Shown one piece after another: positions 47,196-56,938 of a DNA stretch of 64,000 bases. The first letter of the stretch is position 1; every line of letters starts with the position of its first letter. Source of the DNA: a virus. Position numbers and translations under genes: made by a program. The notes under the pieces are model-generated. The model was given only the letters and a program-made list of their open reading frames with translations, did no database searches and was not told the origin of the DNA. The DNA is taken from positions 1 through 64,000 of the IMG/VR virus record IMGVR_UViG_3300023235_000012, one strand, 5' to 3'.

Positions 47196-50100
47196 ATGAC
47201 TTACGTCGGAAACTCAAAGACAGCAGGCTTGGATTTTGGTCAGCTAACATTCTCGGCGACGGGTAATGGGATCTTAGTCGATTTTACGCTTCCAGAAAGC
47301 CCTGGAGCTGATGGAGCAATTGACGTCTGGGTGGGTAACGTCTTCCAGTCTTACGATGCTTATTATACCAACGGGACCATGCTTACCTTCACTGAAGCAC
47401 CAGCAGATGGTGCTCCTATCTATGTAAAATATCGAGGGAAGGGTTTTGGAATTGATGTCAGTTCAGATGTTATCTCCGATGGTGATTTTAAGAAAGGAAT
47501 AACACTCGATAAATTAGCGTCAGGGACAGCTGGCAACGTCATTAGGTATGTTAATGGTGTAGCAACATCGCGACCTGAAGAAGAATTAGCTGATCCAAAC
47601 GATAGAAAAGAAATTTTCTTGAACAGCAAGATGATAGCCGAGAACGCCGGTTTCGCTGTCCATCAAACTGTAGATGGCATTACAGATTCATACACCTTCT
47701 CAGATGGTGTTGTAAATTTAGAGAATTGGGTTTCCTCTGATTATGATAGAGTAAGCCAGTCGGCTTGGTTAGACGGTACGGCTGATAATCGAACGAAAAC
47801 TTACGGTGGTGCTGGTGATCAGACGAAATGGATCATGAGTGCATGGATTCAACGAACTGAATTTAGTATAGATTCTTATTTTTTAACTGCAGACACTACT
47901 AGCCGTTCTATTATTGGTTTTGACAGCAGCAACAGGTTGCATTTTAATAACCATACAGGCGCGGCGGACAGACTTCGTGTTTCTTCTCGAGTGTTTCGAG
48001 ACACCGAATGGCTTCACGTTTTAATCTCTTGGGATACAGACGCCGCCTACGTAGGAGACGCCAAGCTAGAAATTTATGTTAATAATGAAGCTATTACAGC
48101 TTTTGACACTTCAACTGGAGTAATAGGTGATGCCGATACCGGAAAGATTCTAGGTACTGCAATACATCATCTAGGTGGAAATTCTACAGAAACTTTTGCT
48201 GGGTTTATTTCTCAATTCAGTATAATGGATGGAGTATCTTTACAAGCAGGTGATTATTCTACTACTGATTTCGGAGAATCAATCATCGTCGGAAGCAAAA
48301 CGATAGAATGGGTTCCGAAAACAGACGCCAGTGTCGTCGCTGTGGCGACTGCTGCCGGTGGTAATTCAGTCTGCATGACGTCAGCAATTGGAGATGGAAC
48401 TGACGCCAGTACCAATGCTAATAATTTCACTGCTGCTGGTGGAAGTATGGATCACGCAACCAATGGATCAGATAATTCACCGTCAAATACTCTGTCGATT
48501 TTTAATATTATTCATCCTACTGATTCAGGTTTTGCTTATGCAGATAAAATTCGCACAATTACCTCGTCGGGAACTGGAGGATTTGCAGTAACGACTATCC
48601 CGTTCGATGTTGAAAGAAATTTCTATTGTGAATTTGATTGTTCAACTATGAGCGGTTCAAGCGCTAACATGGGAGTTGGCATCATTTCGGTCGATGCGTA
48701 CAACATTGGCGATCTGCCTGCCGTATCAGCTAATGCTTATGGTTATAATACTGACGGAACACTTCGCAACAATAACAGTACTAGTGCTTATGGTAATAGT
48801 TGGATAGCAACTGATGTTATCGGTATTCATGTTTCAGGTGGTACATTGGTGTTCGAGAAGAATGGTGCCGGACAAGGAAATGCTGTCACTGGATTGACTG
48901 GAAAATGGTTCATTGTTCTTTGGGATGATTCAGCTAATACTCTTGCTGGAACGTTCTACTTTGATGTTGTTGAATGGACCCAGGCATCGCCTAGTGGAAC
49001 TTTACCAATTGATACAAAACATGCGACTTCATCTCCAGAAAACCAAGGATTTGGTTGGTTCAATACAGTAACCTATACTGGAACCGGGGCTTCACTTGCA
49101 AACTCTGATGTAGGATTTGAACCTGCATTGGTTTGGATAAAAAATCGAGAGACCGGTACAACAGATAGTCATCAAATTTATGATTTTATCAGAGGATCTC
49201 AACAATCTTTAAGTTCTGATGTTGATGCTATAGAAACAACGGTTGCACAAGGATTAACCAGTTTTGATGTTTCTGGATTCACCGTTGGAACCGATGTTGC
49301 TCACAATACAGTAAGTGAAAATTATGTAGCTTGGTGTTGGAAAGCTGGTGAAACCAGCGAAGCAAATACAGATGGCACAATCAATACGACAATAAGTGTT
49401 GCAAAACCAGGACATTTTAGTATTGTAAGAATGCTTTCGGCTGATGCTACAGGAGCGAACGCAACTCTGGGTCATGGTCTTGGTGGTACACCCGAATTGA
49501 TTATAGGTAAGAGGACTAGTTCTGCAACACAATCTTGGCCAGTCTATTCGGAATATCTTATCGCGGGAGATACACTCTATCTTGACACTAATGCATTAAC
49601 AACGACATCTGCTACTACCTGGAACAGCGGAAGCGGTATTAACAGCACCGTGTTTCCGGTTGGAAGTAGTAATGATACCAATAATTCTAGTTCTGATTAT
49701 GTTTTCTATTGCTTCCGATCTGTTGATGGAGTTTGTAAAGTAGGAAGCTATACTGGTAATGGTGCTGTTGACGGGCCATTTGTTCATCTTGGATTTAAGC
49801 CACGCTTTATATTAATCAAGCGAACAGACGTCGCTGGTTCTTGGTTCATGTATGATACAGCTAGGAGTATTTTCAACGAAATAGATGATCAGCTTTTAGC
49901 TGAAATCAACACTGCTGAGACCACTGGAAGTGAAGAATTAGATTTCCTTGGAACTGGTTTCAAAATCAGAGCAGTTGACGCTCAGATAAATGCTACTGGT
50001 GGTGATTATATCTATCTAGCAATGGCTGATTTTGCTGAACAGAAAGATAGACATTTGATCGAGTCTGGAAGTGAAATGACGTTGATTTCGATGGCTCAGA

Positions 50101-50615
50101 CAGCGTCGAGCCAACCAAACAAAGGGTGGATGGTTATTGAACATGAAGCGATTGATTCAGTGATTGTCAACACCGACGTCAAAGCTTGGATGACAAGAGA
50201 CGATGGACAGACGGTGACTACCAATTTCGCTGTGAACAGTAAATTTTCACTGTCTTCTCATCCTTTCGTTGCTGGTGATAGGGTCATCTTAACCAGCACC
50301 GGGAACCTTCCTGCTGGGTCGTCCGCAACGACCCTCTACTATATCGTCAACACCGCTGCAAACGATTTTGAACTTAGCTTGACATCGGGCGGTGCGACAA
50401 TCACGCTGACCGGAGATGGGACCGGGACACATGAAGTGGTTCAGTTCGAGCAAGGAACCTTAGAGGAAGCAAACAACGTTTACGATGATTTGAAAATTCT
50501 CTCGGCGTACGTCGATTTCAGTAACCTTCCAATCGGTACTTCTGTTCGTTATCTGGTCGAAACGTTGAATAATAAAGGACAAGCAATTTTATCGGCTTCT
50601 ATGCAATGGGGTTGA
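47196..50615 (+). CDS. long tail fibre, paralog 3 with LamG/SPRY insert
   Basis: Same terminal modules plus a central cassette homologous to 42024..44498. Confidence 0.8.
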   Translation: MTYVGNSKTAGLDFGQLTFSATGNGILVDFTLPESPGADGAIDVWVGNVFQSYDAYYTNGTMLTFTEAPADGAPIYVKYRGKGFGIDVSSDVISDGDFKKGITLDKLASGTAGNVIRYVNGVATSRPEEELADPNDRKEIFLNSKMIAENAGFAVHQTVDGITDSYTFSDGVVNLENWVSSDYDRVSQSAWLDGTADNRTKTYGGAGDQTKWIMSAWIQRTEFSIDSYFLTADTTSRSIIGFDSSNRLHFNNHTGAADRLRVSSRVFRDTEWLHVLISWDTDAAYVGDAKLEIYVNNEAITAFDTSTGVIGDADTGKILGTAIHHLGGNSTETFAGFISQFSIMDGVSLQAGDYSTTDFGESIIVGSKTIEWVPKTDASVVAVATAAGGNSVCMTSAIGDGTDASTNANNFTAAGGSMDHATNGSDNSPSNTLSIFNIIHPTDSGFAYADKIRTITSSGTGGFAVTTIPFDVERNFYCEFDCSTMSGSSANMGVGIISVDAYNIGDLPAVSANAYGYNTDGTLRNNNSTSAYGNSWIATDVIGIHVSGGTLVFEKNGAGQGNAVTGLTGKWFIVLWDDSANTLAGTFYFDVVEWTQASPSGTLPIDTKHATSSPENQGFGWFNTVTYTGTGASLANSDVGFEPALVWIKNRETGTTDSHQIYDFIRGSQQSLSSDVDAIETTVAQGLTSFDVSGFTVGTDVAHNTVSENYVAWCWKAGETSEANTDGTINTTISVAKPGHFSIVRMLSADATGANATLGHGLGGTPELIIGKRTSSATQSWPVYSEYLIAGDTLYLDTNALTTTSATTWNSGSGINSTVFPVGSSNDTNNSSSDYVFYCFRSVDGVCKVGSYTGNGAVDGPFVHLGFKPRFILIKRTDVAGSWFMYDTARSIFNEIDDQLLAEINTAETTGSEELDFLGTGFKIRAVDAQINATGGDYIYLAMADFAEQKDRHLIESGSEMTLISMAQTASSQPNKGWMVIEHEAIDSVIVNTDVKAWMTRDDGQTVTTNFAVNSKFSLSSHPFVAGDRVILTSTGNLPAGSSATTLYYIVNTAANDFELSLTSGGATITLTGDGTGTHEVVQFEQGTLEEANNVYDDLKILSAYVDFSNLPIGTSVRYLVETLNNKGQAILSASMQWG

Positions 50616-50651
50616 TAACTAAATATACAAAAGAACTTGAGGAGAACAACC

Positions 50652-50903
50652 ATGGCAGTTACAAGACTTCGCCCTGTTGAAACACTGGCACAGAAGAAAG
50701 CGGAAAGAAACCGTCGTCTATTGGAATGCGACTGGACTCAGTTACCAGATTCTCCACTATTAAAGAAAGATCAGGACGCGTGGAAGAAGTACAGAAAAGA
50801 ACTTCGAGACATAAAATTTGATGGTACTTGGCCGGTAACCCCAGATCAGAAGAAGGCGTCTCCTCCTGCTAGAAAAAAACCTACTCGCAAAAAGAAAGAC
50901 TAA
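50652..50903 (+). CDS. tail fibre assembly chaperone
   Basis: RNRRLLECDWTQLPDSP..W..YR..LRDI..WP; TAAATA at 50620-50625. Confidence 0.85.
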   Translation: MAVTRLRPVETLAQKKAERNRRLLECDWTQLPDSPLLKKDQDAWKKYRKELRDIKFDGTWPVTPDQKKASPPARKKPTRKKKD

Positions 50904-51154
50904 GCTTCCAATTCTTCAAAATAGCATTGTAAATGGACGCTGTCGAACTGAGCAAGATATATAAGCTCGGCTACTTTTTGTTCAGCAAATTGAAAAGGAA
51001 GGGTATCCAGCACTGAGAATCCGTTCTGTTTTAGCTGAATTGACATCAATTCAGCTTCCTTTATTTCTTTATGGAAGGCATTCACAAGAATAGCAGTGAC
51101 ATAATCAGCCGATAGATTGTCATGATTTTCTAAAATAACTTGATATAATTTCAT
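50900..51154 (-). CDS. clpS: ClpS-like adaptor (divergent)
   Basis: YQVILENHD..DYV..L..F..A..M..G..AEQK. Confidence 0.7.
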   Translation of the reverse strand: MKLYQVILENHDNLSADYVTAILVNAFHKEIKEAELMSIQLKQNGFSVLDTLPFQFAEQKVAELIYLAQFDSVHLQCYFEELEA

Positions 51155-51171
51155 GTTCGCCCTCTCTCGAA

Positions 51172-51204
51172 AATAGAAGTGTCAGTTTCCCGACACTTCT
51201 ATTT
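51172..51204. terminator. probable intrinsic terminator after hsp20
   Basis: AAATAGAAGTGTC...GACACTTCTATTT inverted repeat. Confidence 0.65.
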
Positions 51205-51221
51205 ATCTTTTTTCGAAAAGT

Positions 51222-51638
51222 TTACTTGATTTGTAGGATCTTTGGTTTCTTTTCTTCCGGGATTTTCTTCTCAAGGAAGACAGTCAATAGACCATTTTCA
51301 AGAGAAACACCAGTTACTTCAACTAAAAGATCAAGTTTGAATTCGCGGTCGAAATCACGAGTGGCGATACCGAAATATACAAAATTAGTGGGATCATTTA
51401 CTTCTTCTTTGTGACCTTTAATTGTAAGCTTCCCTGGTTGTGCAGTCACCGTCAATTCATCTTTGGAAAATCCTGCCACTGCTAGAGTGATTTCAAAATT
51501 TTCATCGTTAAGCTTTGCGATATTATACGGTGGATAACTGTTTACTCTCGCGGAAGCTGCGCGATCCCAAAGATCGTCAAAGCCTACTGTCATGCGATTT
51601 AGTCCGGGAAGAAGTGATGATAATTGTCTGTTTGTCAT
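51222..51638 (-). CDS. small heat-shock protein (Hsp20/IbpA)
   Basis: YPPYNI, LAVAGF, GIATRDF, LENGLL; start MTNRQ after AGGAGG. Confidence 0.93.
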   Translation of the reverse strand: MTNRQLSSLLPGLNRMTVGFDDLWDRAASARVNSYPPYNIAKLNDENFEITLAVAGFSKDELTVTAQPGKLTIKGHKEEVNDPTNFVYFGIATRDFDREFKLDLLVEVTGVSLENGLLTVFLEKKIPEEKKPKILQIK

Positions 51639-51722
51639 AATTGACCTCCTAAGTTTAGCAAGGTAATGTTTTGGTCCTCGACATAGAGCGACCGGTAAAT
51701 GAACCCTTTTGGCGTTCACTAT
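51636..51722 (-). ncRNA. ROSE-like RNA thermometer in hsp20 5' UTR
   Basis: Three hairpins; the last, ACCUUGCU-AAACUU-AGGAGGU, pairs the SD with a UUGCU motif. Confidence 0.75.
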
Positions 51723-51765
51723 TACATATAGTAATTCGAAAGGGTTTTGTCAAGGTTTTTTTGAA

Positions 51766-51795
51766 AAAATAGAGGGGAAATTTCCCCTCTATTTT
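51766..51795. terminator. probable intrinsic terminator after rpsU
   Basis: AAAATAGAGGGGAAA-TTTCCCCTCTATTTT. Confidence 0.75.
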
Positions 51796-51803
51796 CGATT
51801 ATT

Positions 51804-52205
51804 TTAGTAATTTACCTGGTTATAATCCCCCAGGTAATGTGTTTCCCGATTGGGGATCAATTCTCCCCTCTTTTCGGCCATATGACTCACTTGAATCTTA
51901 CGATCCCGTTCGCGGCGAGCCTTTCGGGTTCGTCCCCTCTTAAGGGCTGAAAGATGATGGATTGTATCATGATCCAGTTCTTGCTCTTCTTCGCGTAGCA
52001 TCTTCTGTTGCCGTCGTCGGGCAGCAGCCGTTGCTTTTCTCGTCTTCTCACCTTTTCCAATAAACGCTTCTTTAGAGCGGATATCAGTAATCCAACGTTC
52101 TTGAACTAAGAGTCGTCGGAGACGAGAAAGGCCCTTATCTACTTCGTTGTTAAAGACTTTTACGGTGGTGGAAAAATCGCCCATTCCCTTGTGCTTGTTG
52201 CCCAT
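51804..52205 (-). CDS. rpsU: ribosomal protein bS21 homolog with C-terminal extension
   Basis: VKVFNNEVDKGLSRLRR..EAFIGKGE..AAARRRQQK. Confidence 0.75.
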   Translation of the reverse strand: MGNKHKGMGDFSTTVKVFNNEVDKGLSRLRRLLVQERWITDIRSKEAFIGKGEKTRKATAAARRRQQKMLREEEQELDHDTIHHLSALKRGRTRKARRERDRKIQVSHMAEKRGELIPNRETHYLGDYNQVNY

Positions 52206-52211
52206 TTTGAA

Positions 52212-52703
52212 TTATTCTCCCTTGGCAATGGTGGCACTCAACGCTCGACCTTCGAACGTCTTATTTTTAATATAACGTAAACCATCAATCATATCAATAA
52301 GTTTCTTGAATGTTTCTTCTCCTTGTGGTTTGTTTGCCAATTCTCTTCCACGAAAGCGCATTGTGATCTTAACTTGGTTTCCTTTTTTTAGAAATTCAGA
52401 AATACGCTTAGCTTTGATTTGAAGATCATGTTTGTCGGTTACTGGCCTGAGTCTGATTTCTTTGGTTTCAATCCGAGATTCCGCTTGTTTCTTCTTGCTC
52501 TCTTTCTCTTTTTTCTGAAGTTCGTATTTGTATTTTCCAATATCAGCTAATCTACAGACTGGTGGATCTGCTTTTTCTGTGATTAAAATTAAATCCAATC
52601 CTTCTCTAGCTGCTAAATTTTTAGCTTCGTTGATTGAAAGAATTCCATGATTACTTATTCGTACTTTTTCGAATCTGATTTGATCATTTATTATTATCTG
52701 CAA
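52212..52703 (-). CDS. infC: translation initiation factor IF-3
   Basis: INDQIR, DPPVCRL.D.GKYKYE, KEIRLRP, FRGRE; TTG start. Confidence 0.95.
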   Translation of the reverse strand: MQIIINDQIRFEKVRISNHGILSINEAKNLAAREGLDLILITEKADPPVCRLADIGKYKYELQKKEKESKKKQAESRIETKEIRLRPVTDKHDLQIKAKRISEFLKKGNQVKITMRFRGRELANKPQGEETFKKLIDMIDGLRYIKNKTFEGRALSATIAKGE

Positions 52704-52715
52704 TTTTTGAGTCCT

Positions 52716-54143
52716 TTAAGTAGCAAGCCAACTTCCTTTTTTAGGTTTTTTGGGATTAATATCTTCTTGGGGTTTGATTACATCTTTTTTATCGAGGTAT
52801 TCATCTAGACGAGATCTCAAATCACCGTCTTGATCTAGAACATGCTGAATTTCGAGATTGTCTAACATTTTTGGATTATTGACAATCTGCTCTATCAATT
52901 CGTCATCTTTCAATACAGGCTCGGGTTCAGGCTCGGGCTCGACCGTTAAACTTTCTTCCACAAAAGAATCTTTTCTTCCATCTTCTAGGTTAAGAAGTTT
53001 TTCTTTGGATTCTTCTTTCTCGTCCTTATACCAATTGAAAGTGTATTGGCTCGCGATCAATAATACCACTGCCAACGGATCGAAGACAACAACGATCATT
53101 ACGATAAACCAAGTGACTGCTCTTTCAAGTAAATTGGAATCCGATTCTCCATAAATCGCTTCTGCGATGAATTTTATCGGCCCCACTTTAGCTTCTAGCT
53201 CTCTATTGACCGACTCCAGCTGAAATTTTTCCTGTGTCAACGAATCAAGATCGACATTGGCTTTTCGTATTTTTTCTTGTTGACTGTCAATAATTTTATC
53301 AAGATCATCTGTTTCACTGTGTCCCAGTTTAGCACGAAGACGATTGATCAATTCATTAGAGTCTTCGATTTGAGTCTTCGCCAAAGTAATTGCCAGGTTA
53401 CCTGTTCGAATTTTATCGATTTGTTCTTGGAGTTCCTGTCTTCTTTCTTGTTTCTGCGCTCTAAATGATTTTATTGCCGCGGCAGTAGCTGGACCATATT
53501 GACCATCCGGATTTGTTCCTACTATCTGTTGTGATTGTTTTATGTTCTGAGAATTAATAGAGGATTGCAATTGACCCAAAATAGATTCGATTTCGTTTAG
53601 TTCTTGCTGGAAAGGTTCGATACGAGCATTCTGAGATTGCTCTGCGTCCTTCAATCTTTGTAGAGAAACGTCTATTCTATTCTGTTCTTTATCAATTTGT
53701 GATTGAATGTTGACATCGGCACCAGAACCAACAGTCTGAGTTTGCTCTATTCGTTGTGTTGCTCGTTGGATGATTGATTCTTGTCTAGCGATCTCCGAAA
53801 TCACTCTTTCAATTTGAGCGATGCTTTCAGTTCCTGCTGCTTTCTGATCCGTGTGTGCCTTGGACAAGAAACCAAAGATTCCAGTCGATGTAATAATCAT
53901 CAAGATTACTACGCTCGAAACCAACCATATCTTGATCGGTTTAGAAGCTTTTCCCCAGAAATGATGAAGCCATAAAACGGCGGTTAGCTTTGAAAATTCA
54001 ATGATGCCACCCATGATAATAGCGGCGATTGGTGCGGCGGCAAAAATAGCAACGATTCCCGACACAGAATAATAAATGGCGACGGTGCTCAAAAGCAATG
54101 CCGTAATCAATGTCAGAAATGCAAAGAAAAACGTTTCGCGCAT
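52716..54143 (-). CDS. multi-TM coiled-coil protein with peptidoglycan-binding-like motif
   Basis: TM helices, GIFGFLSKAH, DGQYGPAT, VGPIKFIAE, VFDPLAV. Confidence 0.7.
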   Translation of the reverse strand: MRETFFFAFLTLITALLLSTVAIYYSVSGIVAIFAAAPIAAIIMGGIIEFSKLTAVLWLHHFWGKASKPIKIWLVSSVVILMIITSTGIFGFLSKAHTDQKAAGTESIAQIERVISEIARQESIIQRATQRIEQTQTVGSGADVNIQSQIDKEQNRIDVSLQRLKDAEQSQNARIEPFQQELNEIESILGQLQSSINSQNIKQSQQIVGTNPDGQYGPATAAAIKSFRAQKQERRQELQEQIDKIRTGNLAITLAKTQIEDSNELINRLRAKLGHSETDDLDKIIDSQQEKIRKANVDLDSLTQEKFQLESVNRELEAKVGPIKFIAEAIYGESDSNLLERAVTWFIVMIVVVFDPLAVVLLIASQYTFNWYKDEKEESKEKLLNLEDGRKDSFVEESLTVEPEPEPEPVLKDDELIEQIVNNPKMLDNLEIQHVLDQDGDLRSRLDEYLDKKDVIKPQEDINPKKPKKGSWLAT

Positions 54144-54195
54144 TTAAAGGTTCTTAGCTGTCATTTCGATATCAAATTCATATTTTATTTAGACG

Positions 54196-54795
54196 TTAAC
54201 CTACGTTGACGACTTGGGTAACCGTGACGTTAGTTTCTGCGTCTGTGATTCTTAATGTCAGCGTTCCACCTACAGCATCTGCGTCGACATCTTCCTCTGT
54301 GATAACCTGTCCGGCGTCTCTAGCATTAGATTTGGTTGGATCATACCAATAAAGATTGGTATTGTAATTGTAGCAGAAGACTCTAGCAGCCATTCGTCTC
54401 ACCGCATTGACCCCAGTCAATTGATCTCCAGGATTAAGCTCATCATCAGTGTGGATATCGGTCAATTCTTTATCATAACCAACGGTGAAATCAATACGAT
54501 CTGGCGGATTATCAATCGTTCCATTTGTTGACTGACTATCGTCAACGTTGCCAAAATAAGCCACGACCTGTCCATCTTGAAGATGGTTCTGCAGAAGCTT
54601 CCAACGATATGCGCCACGACCTTTTCTTTTGCCTGCTACATCATTAGTTGGTACTGCTGTGCCTGGCGTTCCTTCAGGAGCAAAACCTGATTCTTCCCAG
54701 ACGTGAGTGTTATCAATAAAGCCGTCAGCCGGTGCCGTGGTTGAAAAACCTGTATCAACAATGCTAACTCTGAAAAAGATTCTGTCAAAAGACAT
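54196..54795 (-). CDS. putative virion protein
   Basis: 199-aa ORF, AGGAG SD, TAAATA at 54828-54833. Confidence 0.6.
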   Translation of the reverse strand: MSFDRIFFRVSIVDTGFSTTAPADGFIDNTHVWEESGFAPEGTPGTAVPTNDVAGKRKGRGAYRWKLLQNHLQDGQVVAYFGNVDDSQSTNGTIDNPPDRIDFTVGYDKELTDIHTDDELNPGDQLTGVNAVRRMAARVFCYNYNTNLYWYDPTKSNARDAGQVITEEDVDADAVGGTLTLRITDAETNVTVTQVVNVG

Positions 54796-54844
54796 GTTAT
54801 TCTCCTATAGTGGATTTCCCTTTGTTTTATTTATTAGTTTCCAA

Positions 54845-55276
54845 TCAAACAAGAAGCATCTCTTCAAATCCACCATTAATATCCAGCGAATAGACTATTC
54901 TTTTCAATTTATAGTGCTTAATAGCACCCATGCAACCAGCACAAGGTTTCGCAAGACCCCAATCATCTTTCTTACCTTTCACCCTACCAATATAAATTGT
55001 GGCTTTTTTCAGATCTTCTGGGTTAATTCCTTTCAATGCTCGATGAATACATTGAGTTTCCGCATGAGAATAGATAGCTTCTTTATGTTTTGCGAACCGT
55101 GCACAAAAAGGATGAGTCTTGTCAGAATTAAAACCGATCGAAACCAGTTTATTGCGGATTGTAATTATCGCGCAAAGCTTTGCCTTCTTTTTTATTCCGT
55201 TGCCGGGTACATGATCTTTTGCAAGATCAGTAATCATTTTCATGAAATGCCGATCGTGAATCAATCGAGTGTCCAT
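54845..55276 (-). CDS. zinc-dependent deaminase (CDA/dCMP deaminase fold)
   Basis: HAE and KPCAGC motifs. Confidence 0.85.
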   Translation of the reverse strand: MDTRLIHDRHFMKMITDLAKDHVPGNGIKKKAKLCAIITIRNKLVSIGFNSDKTHPFCARFAKHKEAIYSHAETQCIHRALKGINPEDLKKATIYIGRVKGKKDDWGLAKPCAGCMGAIKHYKLKRIVYSLDINGGFEEMLLV

Positions 55277-55365
55277 GCTTTTTCTCCATTTTCATTCTTG
55301 AACTTACTAAATCATCTTTTGATAGTGATGATAATGATAATGAAAATATTGATTGTCGCATGTTC

Positions 55366-55638
55366 TTACTTCCGTCCAAATCTATTTTTAAATGACAAAT
55401 TTTGCTCAGCAAATTGTTCTTTTGTTGAGATTTCTGTTCTAGTTTCTGATAGTGTCTGTATGCCGAAATGCTTCCTTGGATTCCCACAACCACAACACGA
55501 ACAAGGTGTTCTTCTGCTATGCAATCTTAGAGCAGTTCTAGTCGTCTGCTCTTCATCAAAATTACAAAGCCGGATCCATTTCTTATATTCTGCTTTAATT
55601 CGCCTTTGCCGATGATGACGTCTTAATGCTCTTTTCAT
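55366..55638 (-). CDS. small basic Cys-rich protein
   Basis: RALRRHH..PCSCCGCGNPRK. Confidence 0.65.
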   Translation of the reverse strand: MKRALRRHHRQRRIKAEYKKWIRLCNFDEEQTTRTALRLHSRRTPCSCCGCGNPRKHFGIQTLSETRTEISTKEQFAEQNLSFKNRFGRK

Positions 55639-55709
55639 TTTCTTCTCCTAAAAGTACCGGCACCACCGGCGTGATTAAGTTAGGAGAATACGTTAAATGT
55701 TTCATGTTC

Positions 55710-56240
55710 TTATTTAATCACCATATAGATATGATCACCAAGACGATTTGTCCAGACTGCTCTCTTTGTCCAAGGAACATCATTGAAAATGTCATGTCGA
55801 ACATAATGAGTAGCACCATTGGTTGGATCGTCAAGGTCGAACCTATCGGCCCAGAAAACCATCAAAGCAACAAATTGGGCTTCAATCCACGCTTGGTCAT
55901 CTTTCGGAAAATCCGAACGGCCATCATTCGTCCAGCTAAATTGACTTGATTGCCAAATCACATCACAGATGGTTTTGGCGCCTCGATAAGCTTTGGTCAA
56001 TCTATTCATCGCAACAAAAGCTGTTCCAACCTTATCGATAAGAACAGATCCACGAGATTCGTGATAGACGTTCAACGCCAGGCATGCCAAGTCCTTTCTG
56101 ACATCTTCCGGTGCCTTCGTTAGGGGACTGATCATATCAGTCTCGGACCATATTCGATCCATTACTGTTTGATCGACGTCGGAACTAGCTATTGCAGGGC
56201 ATGCTAGCAGAACAAAAACTACTGTCAGAATTTTTCGCAA
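55710..56240 (-). CDS. SleB-like cell wall hydrolase
   Basis: CLALNVYHESRG, ICDVIWQ..QFSW, DPTNGATHY; signal peptide. Confidence 0.9.
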   Translation of the reverse strand: MRKILTVVFVLLACPAIASSDVDQTVMDRIWSETDMISPLTKAPEDVRKDLACLALNVYHESRGSVLIDKVGTAFVAMNRLTKAYRGAKTICDVIWQSSQFSWTNDGRSDFPKDDQAWIEAQFVALMVFWADRFDLDDPTNGATHYVRHDIFNDVPWTKRAVWTNRLGDHIYMVIK

Positions 56241-56474
56241 AGGATCATCCTCTTTTTTAAATACCTTTTATCTTAACATTTTCGAAAGAGAAATGCAAAA
56301 TTTACGCGAAGCTATGTTCCCGACGGAGTTTGTCGGCCAATTGCTGTGCTTGCAACCACATCACCACGATTCACCAATTTATCTAATGATTCTTTTGTTA
56401 CTACTGTCTTCATTGAAAATCTCCTTCCTAATTACCCTTACAGTATAACATAGGAAGGAGATAAGTCAAGCGTT

Positions 56475-56780
56475 TTATCGTAATGAATAAGCTCTTGTGA
56501 TCGAATCATAAAAATCATCAATAAAACGTTCAAAGATGAAAACCGTATGCTTGATCTTTTCTTTTTTTGGTTTGATTTTTGATTCAATTTCGTTTCGAGT
56601 GATCCCGATGTCCTTCAATTCATAATCAGTCATGCTATTTAAGCTATTACGAGCTCTATTTAGTTCATTGTGTGCTTTAATTGGTGACATTATTCTATTA
56701 AACAGATTAATTATCATCTGTTTGATTGTTGCAGTTCGATTTGCCTTTGCGGCGATTAATCTTTTTTCGATTGTGTTCAT
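56475..56780 (-). CDS. DUF1127 (YjiS-like) protein
   Basis: LNSMTDYELKDIGITRNEI. Confidence 0.85.
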   Translation of the reverse strand: MNTIEKRLIAAKANRTATIKQMIINLFNRIMSPIKAHNELNRARNSLNSMTDYELKDIGITRNEIESKIKPKKEKIKHTVFIFERFIDDFYDSITRAYSLR

Positions 56781-56938
56781 GTCCTAGTCCTTCTTTCAGT
56801 AAAAATAATTGAAACCTACGATTAGCATTTCAACACCTTTCTATGTTGCGGTGCCACATATATTTAACATCTTAAGGACTAAAATTTGTATATTATTTTT
56901 ACATGTCACCTATGTGATTTTCACATAAGTCTGAATGA

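Noticed and set aside
42024-50615. Diversity-generating retroelement or invertase shufflon acting on tail fibres
   Set aside because: Repeat differences are not adenine-specific, and no reverse transcriptase or recombinase is in the window
54707-55615. 302-aa plus-strand ORF
   Set aside because: Antisense shadow of three minus-strand genes; no motifs or SD
56241-56474. Cuckoo (CCUCCUCCC) sRNAs downstream of DUF1127
   Set aside because: Motif not present; region holds a promoter and a short gene remnant
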